Shown piece after piece: positions 46,168 through 56,760 of a stretch of 64,000 nt of DNA (the first letter of the stretch is position 1; each line of letters starts with the position of its first letter). Origin of the DNA: a bacterium. GTDB taxonomy: Bacteria > UBA8248. The position numbers were made by a program, and so were the translations under genes. The notes beneath the pieces are model-generated. The model saw only the letters and a program-made list of their open reading frames with translations. It ran no database searches and had not been told where the DNA came from. The stretch spans positions 3,264,001 to 3,328,000 of the forward strand of contig OZ244799.1 in NCBI GenBank assembly GCA_965219955.1, read 5' to 3'.

Positions 46168-47235
46168 TTATGCGTCGCATATTTTCGACCGTTCTCTACC
46201 GCGGAGAAAAACCATCTCACACACCTCTCCGCCGCCAGATGAAGCCATGGCGCCGGGCCCGACGATACACCTTTTCAAAATGGAATTCTCTCCAATCATC
46301 CCGCCCGGAAAGAGGATGGATTCTCGCGCCACGGCGTTATTCCCAAGAGTAGCACCCGCCATCATTGCAGTGAAGGGGCCCGCTCGCGCATTTTTTTGGA
46401 TGACGACATCGGGACCCATCAAGACGGGAGGCTCGATGCTGCCCTCTCCCCATTTCATGACGGGGCCTTCTATCAACAAAAACCCCTTTGGGGGCCAACT
46501 GAAATCCGGCGCGAATTCACCGGACACGACGTCCATGTTCGCCTGCAAATACCGCGACGGCGTGCCGACGTCCATCCAATAGGAATCGCTCAAAACCGCT
46601 CCGATCCGCGCGCCGCTCTCCATCAACCGGGGATAAACTTGCGTTGAAATATCCCACGCCACGCCCGCAGGGATATGACTCAACATTTCAGGGGACATGA
46701 TGCTCAACCCGGTGAACATCGCCTGGCTCAGTTCGCCCTGCGGAATCCCCGGCGCGCTCGCACCCAAAAATTTTCGCAAACGCCCTGCCTCATCAAATTC
46801 GAGCACCCCGTACTCTTCAGCCTCAGGGGAGCGCCTGAGAATGAGGGTGGCGAGAAAATCTCCCTCTCGATGATGGTCCAGCGCCGCTTTCAGATCCGCA
46901 CCACACAGCGCATCCGCGTTGATGACGAAAAAAGGCTCGTTCTTCTCGCACAAAAACGCCTCCGCATTCCTGATTCCACCGGCGGTGCCCAAAATCTCGG
47001 GCTCGTGGAAATAGTGGATATGGACGCCATGCGCATAGTCGCCCAAAGCGGAGCGAATTTTCTCCGCGCCATGGTGCAAATTGACTGCGGCTTCTTTCAC
47101 ACCGAGAGCCGCCAATTTCTCCAGCGCAAAACCGATGAGCGGCACGCCGCCCAAGGGCAGAAGCGGCTTGGGAATCTCCTCTCCCAATGCTCCCAATCTT
47201 GTCCCATAACCAGCCGCCATCACGAACGCCCGCAT
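46168..47235 (-). CDS. NDP-sugar pyrophosphorylase (mannose-1-phosphate guanylyltransferase-like)
   Basis: MAAGYGTRL...PKPLLP, EPEILGTAGG and WMDVGTP motifs, with C-terminal hexapeptide repeats. Confidence 0.88.
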   Translation of the reverse strand: MRAFVMAAGYGTRLGALGEEIPKPLLPLGGVPLIGFALEKLAALGVKEAAVNLHHGAEKIRSALGDYAHGVHIHYFHEPEILGTAGGIRNAEAFLCEKNEPFFVINADALCGADLKAALDHHREGDFLATLILRRSPEAEEYGVLEFDEAGRLRKFLGASAPGIPQGELSQAMFTGLSIMSPEMLSHIPAGVAWDISTQVYPRLMESGARIGAVLSDSYWMDVGTPSRYLQANMDVVSGEFAPDFSWPPKGFLLIEGPVMKWGEGSIEPPVLMGPDVVIQKNARAGPFTAMMAGATLGNNAVARESILFPGGMIGENSILKRCIVGPGAMASSGGGEVCEMVFLRGRERSKICDA

Positions 47236-47337
47236 TGCGCGCACCTTTCCTGGCTTAAAATCATCTTTCCTTTTGCTCCGGGAACAAAACAAAACCGGGC
47301 ATTGCAGTCTGCCCGGCTTGTTTGATTTTCTATATGA

Positions 47338-49671
47338 CTACCCTGCTTCGACGCCTTCTTTGTGAATAGCCATGGCGACGCTCTCCGGCGTGATGGGCAG
47401 CTTGGTGAAACGATGACCGACGGCATCGCGCACGGCATTGGAAATCGCGGCCAACGTGGGCACCAGGGAACTCTCTCCCACACCCTTGGCGCCGTAGGGC
47501 CCTGTCTCATTGGCCGCTTCCACGATAATGGTGGTGAACTCGGGCGTATCCATCGAGACGGGAATCTCGTATCGGGCCAGATCCGGCGTAAGGACGCGGC
47601 CATCATGCACGTCGATTTCCTCGATCAGGGCTTGTCCGAGACCCATCTCGATACCCCCTTGAATCTGCCCGACTACCCCTTGCGGGTTGATGGCCCGTCC
47701 CACGTCATGGGCGGCGACCATGCGCCTCACCCAGACCTCTCCCGTACCCGGGTCGACCGCAACGTCCGCGACCTGCACGCCATAGCTGTACACCATGAAC
47801 GGCTCGCCCTCTCCTGTTTCGGGGTTGAACGTCAAGGGGCCGGTGCTGAACCAGCCCTGGCCTGTAATCTGCTTGCCGACCAAAAGCGCCTGCGAGACCA
47901 CCTCGCCAAACGAGATAGAACGCTCAGGCGCGCTTTTGACGAACACGCGCCCATTCCTGAAAGCGATGTCTTCGGCCGGCCCCTCGAGCATCTCCGCCGC
48001 TACGGGGGACAGGATATTCCGAACTTCCGCGATGGCCTCGCAAATCGCATTGCCGGGAATGGTGGTGGAGCGCGAACCAGCCGTAAAACCACTCTCGGGA
48101 ACGGCATCGGTATCCACCTGCATGACGCGCACGTCCTCAAAGCGCACGCCCATCGCTTCCGCCGCTATCTGGGCCAGCACCGTGTGCGAACCCTGCCCGA
48201 GCTCGATGATTCCTACACCTACCTGGACTTTACCGTCATCGGTGACATGAATCTGCGCGCCGCAGGAATCAGACGGCGAGGCGGCGCCCGTGGAATACCA
48301 AAAACCCGCCATTCCACGCCCGTACAGCAGGCCCCCTCCGTTTGCGTTTTCCCGCGGATGCGGCCCGAGCGCATTTTCCGCTTCGTCGAGACAATCCATG
48401 TACCCCACACTCTGGTCCAACACCTGGCGGGTTGCAGTCGAAGAACCGAGTTTGTAGCCGTTCAGTCGCCTCAGTTCGAAGGGGTCCATTCCGAGTGAGA
48501 GCGCCAGTTCATCCATCTGGCTCTCAATCGCAAAATGCACCTGGGGAACGCCCAAGCCACGCATCGCGCAGGTATTGATGTTGTTCGTGAGCACGAGATA
48601 GCCGTCGGCCCAGACGTTGTCGCATTCATATGCACCGGAGGAATGGATGATGAGCTTTTTGATGATGCCGGGTCCTACCGCGGCGTACGGGCCTTTGTTG
48701 AGATAAATATGGATGCGCATGGCGGTGATTTTACCGTCTTTCCTGGCGCCGATTTTATGCCGGATCACCGCAGGCACTCGTTTCGCCTTGCCGCCCAGGG
48801 ATTCTTCCCTCGTGTAGTTGTAGATGGCGGGGCGACCTGTCTTAAGCGCGACCAAGCCCGCCCGCATGGCGATTTCGATGGAGGTTTCCTCTTTTCCACC
48901 GAAACCGCCACCCGGTGGCGTTGAGATGAACTGAATCTCGTTTTGCCCCAAACCCAGCACCGGAGCGATGACGCGCCTCACCATATGCGGGCACTGGGTG
49001 GGCCCCGTGCAGGTGATGGAGCCATCGGGGTTGGGAACCACATAGCCCGCATCTGGCTCAAGATAAGCGTGATCGATGAACTGCGTTTCGTACGTATCCT
49101 CCAGAATCACGTCCGCCTCGGCGAAACCCTCTTCCACATCTCCTTTTCGAATTTTCAGGTGGGTGAGCACATTGCCTTTGGCCACCGGATGCTCCGGCTG
49201 GACAACAGGGGCGTCATCTTTCAGGGCGTCCTGTGTCTCGAAAACAGCCGGAAGCGCTTTGGCTTTGATTTTCACCAACCCGGCTGCGAACTCCGCCTGC
49301 TCCAGCGTGTCCGCCGCCACAATGGCCACGACATCCTGAAGTGAATAGATGCGCTTATCCACCAAAGCCGGCTGATCGGGAATCAACATACCGTAGAGTT
49401 TCTGGCCGGGGATGTCCTTCGCGGTCAGGACACAGGCGACGCCCGGCGCATTTTCCGCCTTGGTCGTGTCGACCCGCTCCAGTGTTCCGCAAGCGATAGG
49501 AGCTGTCACCGGAACAACGTACAGCGGATTGAACAGTTTGTGGTCCGCAGCGAATACGGGCGAACCATCCGCCTTGGGTGGCCCATCCACCCGGGGCATG
49601 TCGGCGCCGATGAGATCCCCATCGTCATCAGGTCCACCGAACATCTCTTGGTAAAAACGTTCTGACATCAC
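47338..49671 (-). CDS. xanthine dehydrogenase family molybdopterin-binding subunit
   Basis: HAYLEP, GGGFGGK, AMRGLGVPQ, ELGQG, QIQGG and GPYGAKGVGE motifs. Confidence 0.92.
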   Translation of the reverse strand: MMSERFYQEMFGGPDDDGDLIGADMPRVDGPPKADGSPVFAADHKLFNPLYVVPVTAPIACGTLERVDTTKAENAPGVACVLTAKDIPGQKLYGMLIPDQPALVDKRIYSLQDVVAIVAADTLEQAEFAAGLVKIKAKALPAVFETQDALKDDAPVVQPEHPVAKGNVLTHLKIRKGDVEEGFAEADVILEDTYETQFIDHAYLEPDAGYVVPNPDGSITCTGPTQCPHMVRRVIAPVLGLGQNEIQFISTPPGGGFGGKEETSIEIAMRAGLVALKTGRPAIYNYTREESLGGKAKRVPAVIRHKIGARKDGKITAMRIHIYLNKGPYAAVGPGIIKKLIIHSSGAYECDNVWADGYLVLTNNINTCAMRGLGVPQVHFAIESQMDELALSLGMDPFELRRLNGYKLGSSTATRQVLDQSVGYMDCLDEAENALGPHPRENANGGGLLYGRGMAGFWYSTGAASPSDSCGAQIHVTDDGKVQVGVGIIELGQGSHTVLAQIAAEAMGVRFEDVRVMQVDTDAVPESGFTAGSRSTTIPGNAICEAIAEVRNILSPVAAEMLEGPAEDIAFRNGRVFVKSAPERSISFGEVVSQALLVGKQITGQGWFSTGPLTFNPETGEGEPFMVYSYGVQVADVAVDPGTGEVWVRRMVAAHDVGRAINPQGVVGQIQGGIEMGLGQALIEEIDVHDGRVLTPDLARYEIPVSMDTPEFTTIIVEAANETGPYGAKGVGESSLVPTLAAISNAVRDAVGHRFTKLPITPESVAMAIHKEGVEAG

Positions 49672-49752
49672 AAACCTCCGCTCATGAAAAACCTATGGTT
49701 TCGATATGATGGAATTGATTTGAATGATTGCAAGGAAACAGCCGCCAATCGC

Positions 49753-50676
49753 TCAATCTGACTCCGGTCCACCGGGTTTTCTCCGGAGCAAGCGCTCTAT
49801 CTCATCTGCTACCTCGGCGCCGGGAGGCAACTTCCCCTCCTCTGCCTCTTCTTCGAGTTCTCCATCGAACGCATCCTGAAAATCCAAACCTGGGATGTCA
49901 TCCGGGATCTGGCCTTTCTGAACGTCCTCCACATATTTGGCAATGCGAGGATCTCTGGCGATGATTTGCTCAACCTGACCATCAAACGTATCGATGGCGA
50001 TATCGAAATCCTCCAAGGATATTTCAATACCACCCAGGTTACTCAATTTGTCCAACAGGGCGCGCGTTGCTTTCGGGTTGGATAGAGATGCGATGTAGTG
50101 CGGCACATTCACCCATAAGCTCACCGCCGGAAAACCTTCATCCTGCATGAGCGTATGAATGACACCCACGATCCCTGTAGGACCTTCATAGCGTGTAATC
50201 TCCACCCCCGAGGGTTTTACCAATAACGGATCAGTAGCAATAGCCATCAAATGGCTGGGCTGGGTATGCAAATCTCCCGCGAGCAACGCCCCCATCGTCA
50301 CGATCATGCGCGCACCGTAGTGGCTGCCTATCGCCAGCACATCGCGGCTAAAGTGTTTCCATTTCAAATGAGGTTCCGTACCGATCCCTACGAGCAGGTC
50401 ACGCGCCAGGCCCGGCGTTTGACAATAGAAAAATTCGTTCAGCGGCCAGGTAATCTGCCGCTCACCGGTTTCGCTGAGCTTGACTGTTGGCCTCTGATCC
50501 GCAAATTGGAAAAAATCATCCGACTGGATTTGCGCTACACGCTTTCCCTGGAAATGTTGAATCAAATAGCGCGCCGCCGCCGTTGCGGACTCCGCCGCAT
50601 CATTCCATCCAGAGAATGCCATAACAAACAAAGGATCGTTGGCGTCCTCCACCTCATGGAAAAAAGTGACGCCCAT
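49753..50676 (-). CDS. PAC2 family (proteasome assembly chaperone-like) protein
   Basis: AFSGWNDAAESAT, RP, EPHLKW, YEGPTGIVG, SLWVNVPHY and NPKA motifs. Confidence 0.85.
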   Translation of the reverse strand: MGVTFFHEVEDANDPLFVMAFSGWNDAAESATAAARYLIQHFQGKRVAQIQSDDFFQFADQRPTVKLSETGERQITWPLNEFFYCQTPGLARDLLVGIGTEPHLKWKHFSRDVLAIGSHYGARMIVTMGALLAGDLHTQPSHLMAIATDPLLVKPSGVEITRYEGPTGIVGVIHTLMQDEGFPAVSLWVNVPHYIASLSNPKATRALLDKLSNLGGIEISLEDFDIAIDTFDGQVEQIIARDPRIAKYVEDVQKGQIPDDIPGLDFQDAFDGELEEEAEEGKLPPGAEVADEIERLLRRKPGGPESD

Positions 50677-50794
50677 ATTCAAGACCTCCATTCTCACGTC
50701 GTATGTCTAGATTTTTCCAAATTCAACAGGGAGAACATGTCCGTCCATATCACTTGTTTAGAGCAAACTTCTCCTCCCCCGATCGTTTCTCCTA

Positions 50795-52000
50795 TCAGGC
50801 TTCTTTTGGAAAATTCCCGCTCTCCGGTGGATGGGTGAATAAATTGCTCCTGTGCCCTTCCAACCCGGGCGTTTCCCATGAGGGAGCACCCCCCATCTCG
50901 GGCAACTCGCCTTGCGCCACTTCTTTTTGGAGTCTCCTCCACTCGTTCTGGAGATCCAGTGAATGGCCCCTGAAATGCGGCATGACGTACCGCGCGAACA
51001 TCTCGAGTGAGTTTCTTATTTTCTGATCGCCCACCCATTCGTGCGTCGTGAGCATGAGTCCGCCGAATCCGCCTGATTCCTCCTGCATTTTCTCTATCAT
51101 CTCAATCGCGTCATCCGGAGTGCCCACTATCCAGTATCTTTGCTCTGCGGCAACTTTCGGGGTGATTTCAGAACGCGGCTGATCAGGATACGCCTCATAA
51201 GCAGGTTTCAATCCGATATCCATGAAGTAATTCATATCGCGCTGGGCAATTTTTTCGACGTCAGCCCATGCCTTCTCTCGGCTTTCGGCAAGATGCACGT
51301 ACGTTGTGATTCTCCAGTTCTCGCGCGACACTCGCGTGCCGTATTTTTGCGCGCATTCCTCCATATAGGGCCATTGCTCGGAAAGCGAGAGGTTCTCCAT
51401 GATTTTCTTGCCGCCGAAGGAGAGCAAAATCATCTCGTGCCGAGCGGCCATATCGATTGCGCCACGACTCCCCGCCGACGCGATGGCTAACGGCATTCTG
51501 GGCTTTTGGTAGGAGCGTACCTGCAGACACACATTTTTCAACTTCCAGAACCGTCCCTCATAATCGAAAGGCTCAGGCGATTCCAGGAGCTTGATCATGA
51601 TATCCACCGATTCGTTCATCATCGGACGTAGATCACCCGAAGGAATGTCGAACAGCTTGATGTCGCTTACCAAATTGCTCGGGCCCACTCCAAAAATGAC
51701 GCGTCCTCTGGTGAGTTGGTCCAAAAACGCCATTCGCTCCGCCAAGTGAAACGGATGATGAAAAGGGACGCTGATCACGGAAGTACCCAATCGAATTCGC
51801 TTCGCCCTGGCCGCAGCCATGGCAAGAGCCATCTCCGGTGCCGGCATCGTCTCCCAACCACCGGAATGGTGCTCACCGATATAGAATTCATCAAAATCCA
51901 GTTCATCGGCATATTCGATGAGTGAAATATCACGCTGATAGGCAAGCGACGGATTTTCAGAAGGGTGGTGAATCGGCATCATGAAAAAGGAAAATTTCAA
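50795..52000 (-). CDS. LLM class flavin-dependent monooxygenase (limonene monooxygenase-like)
   Basis: FMMPIH, IGEHHSGGWE, IRLGTSVISVPFHHP, IVGTPDD and FARYVMPHF motifs. Confidence 0.9.
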   Translation of the reverse strand: MKFSFFMMPIHHPSENPSLAYQRDISLIEYADELDFDEFYIGEHHSGGWETMPAPEMALAMAAARAKRIRLGTSVISVPFHHPFHLAERMAFLDQLTRGRVIFGVGPSNLVSDIKLFDIPSGDLRPMMNESVDIMIKLLESPEPFDYEGRFWKLKNVCLQVRSYQKPRMPLAIASAGSRGAIDMAARHEMILLSFGGKKIMENLSLSEQWPYMEECAQKYGTRVSRENWRITTYVHLAESREKAWADVEKIAQRDMNYFMDIGLKPAYEAYPDQPRSEITPKVAAEQRYWIVGTPDDAIEMIEKMQEESGGFGGLMLTTHEWVGDQKIRNSLEMFARYVMPHFRGHSLDLQNEWRRLQKEVAQGELPEMGGAPSWETPGLEGHRSNLFTHPPESGNFPKEA

Positions 52001-52197
52001 GGCGAGTTCCCCCCTCCAATAGAAGTGTGAACTGGAAAATCATGAATCTTTCAAGTGATGATATCCTATTTACGAATTTCCAGCATCCCGCAATTAAAAT
52101 CAAAACCTCCTCCTCTTGTCATGATCCTCTTATTCCTCCATTATCCTCGCGCTTTGGGCGCATCCCCGGATATCGCGAAATCTGACTCGAGGTAAAA

Positions 52198-54003
52198 TTG
52201 GCTATCACGGAACGAACCGAACTGAGAAATCTCGCCATCATCGCTCATGTCGACCACGGCAAGACCACCCTGGTGGATTCGATGCTCTGGCAAAGCGGCA
52301 TCTTCCGCGAAGGGCAAGACGTGGCCGATCGCGTACTTGATTCGATGGATCTCGAGCGGGAGAAGGGAATCACCATCATGGCGAAAAACTGCGCCATTGA
52401 TTTCAAAGGCATCCGCTACAACATCGTGGACACGCCGGGCCATGCGGACTTCGGCGGCGAGGTGGAGCGCGTCCTCTCCATGGTGGATGGCGTGATGCTT
52501 TTGGTCGATGCTTCGGAAGGGCCTCTGCCGCAAACACGGTTCGTGGTCAGCAAAGCCCTGGAGCGGGAACTCCCCTTCGTCGTGGTCATCAATAAGATTG
52601 ACCGCTCTGACGCAAGACCAGAGCAGGTACTCGACGAAATCTACGACCTGTTCATCGATCTGGATGCCGGCGAAGCCCAGCTCGATTTTCCCGTGCTCTA
52701 CGCCGTCGCTCGCGAGGGCAAGGCCGGCTTCGAGCCCGATGCCCTCTCTCCGACACTGGAGCCTTTATTCCATACACTCCAAAGTGATATCCCCCCTCCC
52801 TCATACGACGCGGACAAACCACTTCAAATGCTCATCTCCCGACTGGAATACGATAGTTATGTCGGTCGTCTCTCCATCGGTCGAATTTGGAATGGGCAAC
52901 TCAAGGCAAAGACCCAAGCCCTGGTTCTGGGGCCAAACGGGAACCAGATAAAAGGGGAGATCGCCTCTTTATTCGGCTATGAAGGGTTGAGCCGCTACCA
53001 GATGGAAGAAGCGCGCGGAGGTGACATCGTTGCCGTAGCCGGCTTGGAGGAGGTGGAAATCGGTGACACCATAGCAGATGTGGACAACCCGGTCCCGCTT
53101 CCCGCCATCAGCGTGGATGAGCCCACCATCGCCATGAATTTCAGGATCAACGATACTCCCCTGGCAGGCCGCAGCGGGAAATACCTCACCTCGCGCCAGA
53201 TCCGAGAAAGGCTCTTGAGGGAGGCGAAGAACAATGTGGCCATTAAAATCGAGGAGACCAACACCGCGGATACCTTGCGCGTGTCCGGCCGAGGTTCTTT
53301 GCAACTCGCCGTCCTGATCGAGCAACTCCGGCGCGAGCAATACGAACTCACCGTCGGCCGACCCGAAGTCATCACGCGCAAAGAAGGCGGCCAAATCCTG
53401 GAGCCCATGGAAAACGTGGTAGCAGACATTCCGGAAGAATTCATCGGGGCCATTACACAGGGTCTGGGAGCGCGCAAAGGTAAAATGACCAAAATGATCA
53501 ACCATGGAAAAGGGCGCGCGCGGCTCGAATTTTCCATTCCCAGCCGGGGCCTCATCGGCTATCGCAACGAATTCCTCACCCAAACGCGGGGAACAGGCAT
53601 ACTCACTCACATTTTCGCCGGATGGGGGGAATGGGCGGGCGAGCTCCCGGGCAGGTCGACAGGCGCATTGATATCGGATCGTGCGGGCAAAACCACGTCA
53701 TACGCGGTGGAAAACATCCAAGAGCGCGGAACTCTCTTCGTCGCGCCGACGGAAGAAGTCTATGAAGGAATGATCATCGGCGAGAACAGCCGCGAACAGG
53801 ACATGTTCGTCAACATTTCAAAGGAAAAGAAACTCACCAACATCCGGGCAGCCCACGCCGACATATCCGCTCAACTCATACCGCCCAAACGATTCAGCCT
53901 GGAAGAAGCGCTCGAATTCTTGCGCGAGGGCGAATGCCTGGAAGTAACTCCCGAAATCTTCCGGTTGCGTAAAACGAAACTAAAAGCCAGAAAACACGCC
54001 TAA
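52198..54003 (+). CDS. typA: translational GTPase TypA/BipA
   Basis: [44 protein letters not shown] and KKLTNIRA motifs. Confidence 0.96.
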   Translation: MAITERTELRNLAIIAHVDHGKTTLVDSMLWQSGIFREGQDVADRVLDSMDLEREKGITIMAKNCAIDFKGIRYNIVDTPGHADFGGEVERVLSMVDGVMLLVDASEGPLPQTRFVVSKALERELPFVVVINKIDRSDARPEQVLDEIYDLFIDLDAGEAQLDFPVLYAVAREGKAGFEPDALSPTLEPLFHTLQSDIPPPSYDADKPLQMLISRLEYDSYVGRLSIGRIWNGQLKAKTQALVLGPNGNQIKGEIASLFGYEGLSRYQMEEARGGDIVAVAGLEEVEIGDTIADVDNPVPLPAISVDEPTIAMNFRINDTPLAGRSGKYLTSRQIRERLLREAKNNVAIKIEETNTADTLRVSGRGSLQLAVLIEQLRREQYELTVGRPEVITRKEGGQILEPMENVVADIPEEFIGAITQGLGARKGKMTKMINHGKGRARLEFSIPSRGLIGYRNEFLTQTRGTGILTHIFAGWGEWAGELPGRSTGALISDRAGKTTSYAVENIQERGTLFVAPTEEVYEGMIIGENSREQDMFVNISKEKKLTNIRAAHADISAQLIPPKRFSLEEALEFLREGECLEVTPEIFRLRKTKLKARKHA

Positions 54004-54007
54004 TGCG

Positions 54008-54505
54008 CTAGCCATCCAGCACCTTGTTCCACTCTGAAATCCTGTCTTTTTGCGCTTCGAACAACCCGGAGGCGTCACCTTCGACCTCGATTTTTTCAAT
54101 CCCGTCACCCTGCTCAATCGCATTCACCACGTCCTGCCCGGAAGTGACGCGCCCAAAAACGGTATGATTGCCGTCGAGCCAGGCGGTGGGCACATGGGTG
54201 ATGAAAAACTGAGAACCATTCGTGCCCGGACCCGCATTCGCCATCGAGAGAACACCGGGACCGTCGTGGGGAAGATCCGGGGAGCATTCATCCTCAAACT
54301 GATAGCCGGGACCACCCGTTCCAGCACCCAATGGACAGCCACCCTGAATCATGAAATCAGAGATCACACGGTGAAAAATAAGGCCATCGTAGAAACCCCG
54401 CTTGGCGAGGTTTACAAAGCTGGCCACTGTCACCGGGGTTTTGTCTTCATGCAAATCGAGCCGTATCTCACCCCGGCTCGTCTTTATTACAGCGGAAAGC
54501 GCCAT
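54008..54505 (-). CDS. cyclophilin-type peptidyl-prolyl cis-trans isomerase
   Basis: [31 protein letters not shown] and [10 protein letters not shown] motifs. Confidence 0.95.
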   Translation of the reverse strand: MALSAVIKTSRGEIRLDLHEDKTPVTVASFVNLAKRGFYDGLIFHRVISDFMIQGGCPLGAGTGGPGYQFEDECSPDLPHDGPGVLSMANAGPGTNGSQFFITHVPTAWLDGNHTVFGRVTSGQDVVNAIEQGDGIEKIEVEGDASGLFEAQKDRISEWNKVLDG

Positions 54506-54623
54506 GAATTGCTCCTTTAGAATATAGGCGGGCGCAAAAACATCGTCACCCATGAATGCACCAAACGTGAATCCCAGAGTTGACGGCGAAGAATAACAGA
54601 ACCGTCCTTTCCGGTCTAAACCC

Positions 54624-55637
54624 TTACGGGTTTCCTTTCAGCTCGAAAACCTCCGCCAAAAGCTCATAGGACTTCACCCTGGCCTCGAAGCTGTGCATCA
54701 CGTTCACGACGACGAGTTCCTCGACTTTGTGTTCGGAAGCCAAGGTCTCGAGCCTTTTCTTGACCTGTTCCGGATCCCCGGCGATGGTTCTGCTGTCGAT
54801 ATCCTCAGCGAAGGCGCGCTCCATGTTCGTCCACGGGTAGGCGAGCGCCTCCTCGGGCGTAGGCACGCCGCCTCCCTCGCCGCGGCGGCTTCTGAGCATA
54901 ACCAGGGGCCTGCTGGCCGCATGGTAGAACGCTTCTTCTTCGGTGGGCGCGCAGATCACAAAAACCGCCAGACTTCCCGCGGGCTTCCTGCATTTGGCCG
55001 ATGGGCGAAAATCCCTCCGGTACATATCCATGACCTGGACGCTGCCATACGTGTTGATGAAATGTGCGAATGAAAAAGCGCAACCAAAATGAGCGGCGAG
55101 AATCGCGCTTTGATCCGAGGTTCCCAGGAGCCAGATCTCAGGCGCCGTCTCTCCGCTGGGCATAGCGCTTATACGGGCGAAGGGGTGATCTTCGGGCAAC
55201 GACCCTTCAACCCAACCCCGGAGGTCCGAGACCTTTTGCGGGAAATCATCGTAGCGAAAACCACTCTGCTCGGGCGCCAAAGCCGCGGATGTGAGTCTGT
55301 CCGCTCCAGGAGCGCGGCCCAAACCCAAATCGATGCGGCCCGGGTAGAGGGTCTCCAGCACCCGGAACGATTCGGCCACCTTGAGTGCGCTGTAATGACT
55401 GAGCATGACCCCGCCCGACCCCACGCGAATCGTCTCGGTCGTCGCGGCAATCCGGCCGATCAAGACTTCGGGCGACGTGCCCGCAAACGCCCCATGGCTG
55501 TGATGTTCCGCCAGCCAGTAGCGGTGATAGCCCAGGCGTTCGGCAACTTGCGCCAACTCGACGGTCTCGCCGATGGCGTCCGCCGCCGTTCCTCCCGATC
55601 GGATCGGAGATTGATCCAAAACACTCAAACGAATCAT
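54624..55637 (-). CDS. LLM class flavin-dependent oxidoreductase (YhbW-like)
   Basis: [25 protein letters not shown] and [13 protein letters not shown] motifs. Confidence 0.92.
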   Translation of the reverse strand: MIRLSVLDQSPIRSGGTAADAIGETVELAQVAERLGYHRYWLAEHHSHGAFAGTSPEVLIGRIAATTETIRVGSGGVMLSHYSALKVAESFRVLETLYPGRIDLGLGRAPGADRLTSAALAPEQSGFRYDDFPQKVSDLRGWVEGSLPEDHPFARISAMPSGETAPEIWLLGTSDQSAILAAHFGCAFSFAHFINTYGSVQVMDMYRRDFRPSAKCRKPAGSLAVFVICAPTEEEAFYHAASRPLVMLRSRRGEGGGVPTPEEALAYPWTNMERAFAEDIDSRTIAGDPEQVKKRLETLASEHKVEELVVVNVMHSFEARVKSYELLAEVFELKGNP

Positions 55638-55677
55638 CTATTCGAGAACCACTTGAAAGCAGAATTCCGGGGAAAGT

Positions 55678-56325
55678 TTATTTCTGAACCGGTTTCACCT
55701 GAATATATTCTTCGAGATGAATCACGCCCTTTGTTCCGCGAATAATCTGAAGAACCAGTTTTTTTTCGAGCTCCGTTCTTGCACGGCCGATTACATAGAC
55801 CTTGTTCCTCACCGACTGCCAGCGGTAATTCACGGAATTCACGCCCTCGGTCGTCAAGAACTGGCCCTTGAGCTTGGCTTCTATCCACGCATCGCTGGCG
55901 ATCCGGCTGAGCTTGACGATATCGCGCTCCACGGCCGGTTGCGTCTTCGCTACCTCGCGGTTGCGCTCCACCTCGGCCGGAGAACCGAGAAGGATATGAT
56001 CATAAACGGCTTTGATTCTGGGGTCGCCCCGCGCAATACTCAAAACACCTTCTCGTTTTCTCTCCGCATCCACCACGCCGGTCAACAACACCCTTCCTTC
56101 CCACACGTCCGTATTCACGTCGACAGGCAAACCACTATCCACACGCAAATACTCTTGCAACAAATTCGCATGTATTTTCGCATCTTCAAGCTGCCGGTTC
56201 AGAGAGCGGTCCTCTAAGGCGCTCTTGATACCCTTTTGGGCGACCAGAAACGCTCCGGGCACACATCCATTTACCCACAATGGCAAAAGCGCGACGATGA
56301 AGATGAACCTGTTGAATTTACTCAA
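55678..56325 (-). CDS. BON domain lipoprotein (DolP/YraP-like)
   Basis: Lipobox VNGC after TTG 56325, and two BON repeats (EGRVLLTGVV; SDAWIEAKLK...VYVIG). Confidence 0.82.
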   Translation of the reverse strand: MSKFNRFIFIVALLPLWVNGCVPGAFLVAQKGIKSALEDRSLNRQLEDAKIHANLLQEYLRVDSGLPVDVNTDVWEGRVLLTGVVDAERKREGVLSIARGDPRIKAVYDHILLGSPAEVERNREVAKTQPAVERDIVKLSRIASDAWIEAKLKGQFLTTEGVNSVNYRWQSVRNKVYVIGRARTELEKKLVLQIIRGTKGVIHLEEYIQVKPVQK

Positions 56326-56558
56326 GAGTTCCTCTGAAGGGCGACGTGAAACAAAGGCACTCTTTATTTTGCCTTCAGACTTGAGCAGAGGCAACCACCA
56401 GAAAAACGAAAATCCTTCTAAAGCTTCCGCGCCATTATCGAGACCATTCCGCTGTTTCGATTGCAATGCTTTGTGAGAAAACGCATCATGTATCCATTCA
56501 TGAATCAATCGCCACACCATCGAATGTTCACAAGGTCCTTCTTCGCTCAGGAGAAAAA

Positions 56559-56759
56559 ATGCCGATTTCAGACGATTCGTTAAAGTCCCGCTGCGAAGAC
56601 GTGTTCGGAGAATCGCTCGACTCCGAACGTCGCGCCCTGCTCATCGCCACGACAGAAAACATGGAGAAAGGACATCCACCATTGCGGGAACACCTTTCGC
56701 CGAAAACAGAACCTGCCGGACACTGCGGATTCTTGCATTCCCTCGCGAGGGAGAAATAA
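56559..56759 (+). CDS. small hypothetical protein, possibly amidase accessory subunit
   Basis: AGGAG SD, 66 aa, and a stop 1 nt before the amidase start. Contains a C-terminal EP motif. Confidence 0.55.
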   Translation: MPISDDSLKSRCEDVFGESLDSERRALLIATTENMEKGHPPLREHLSPKTEPAGHCGFLHSLAREK

Positions 56760-56760
56760 A

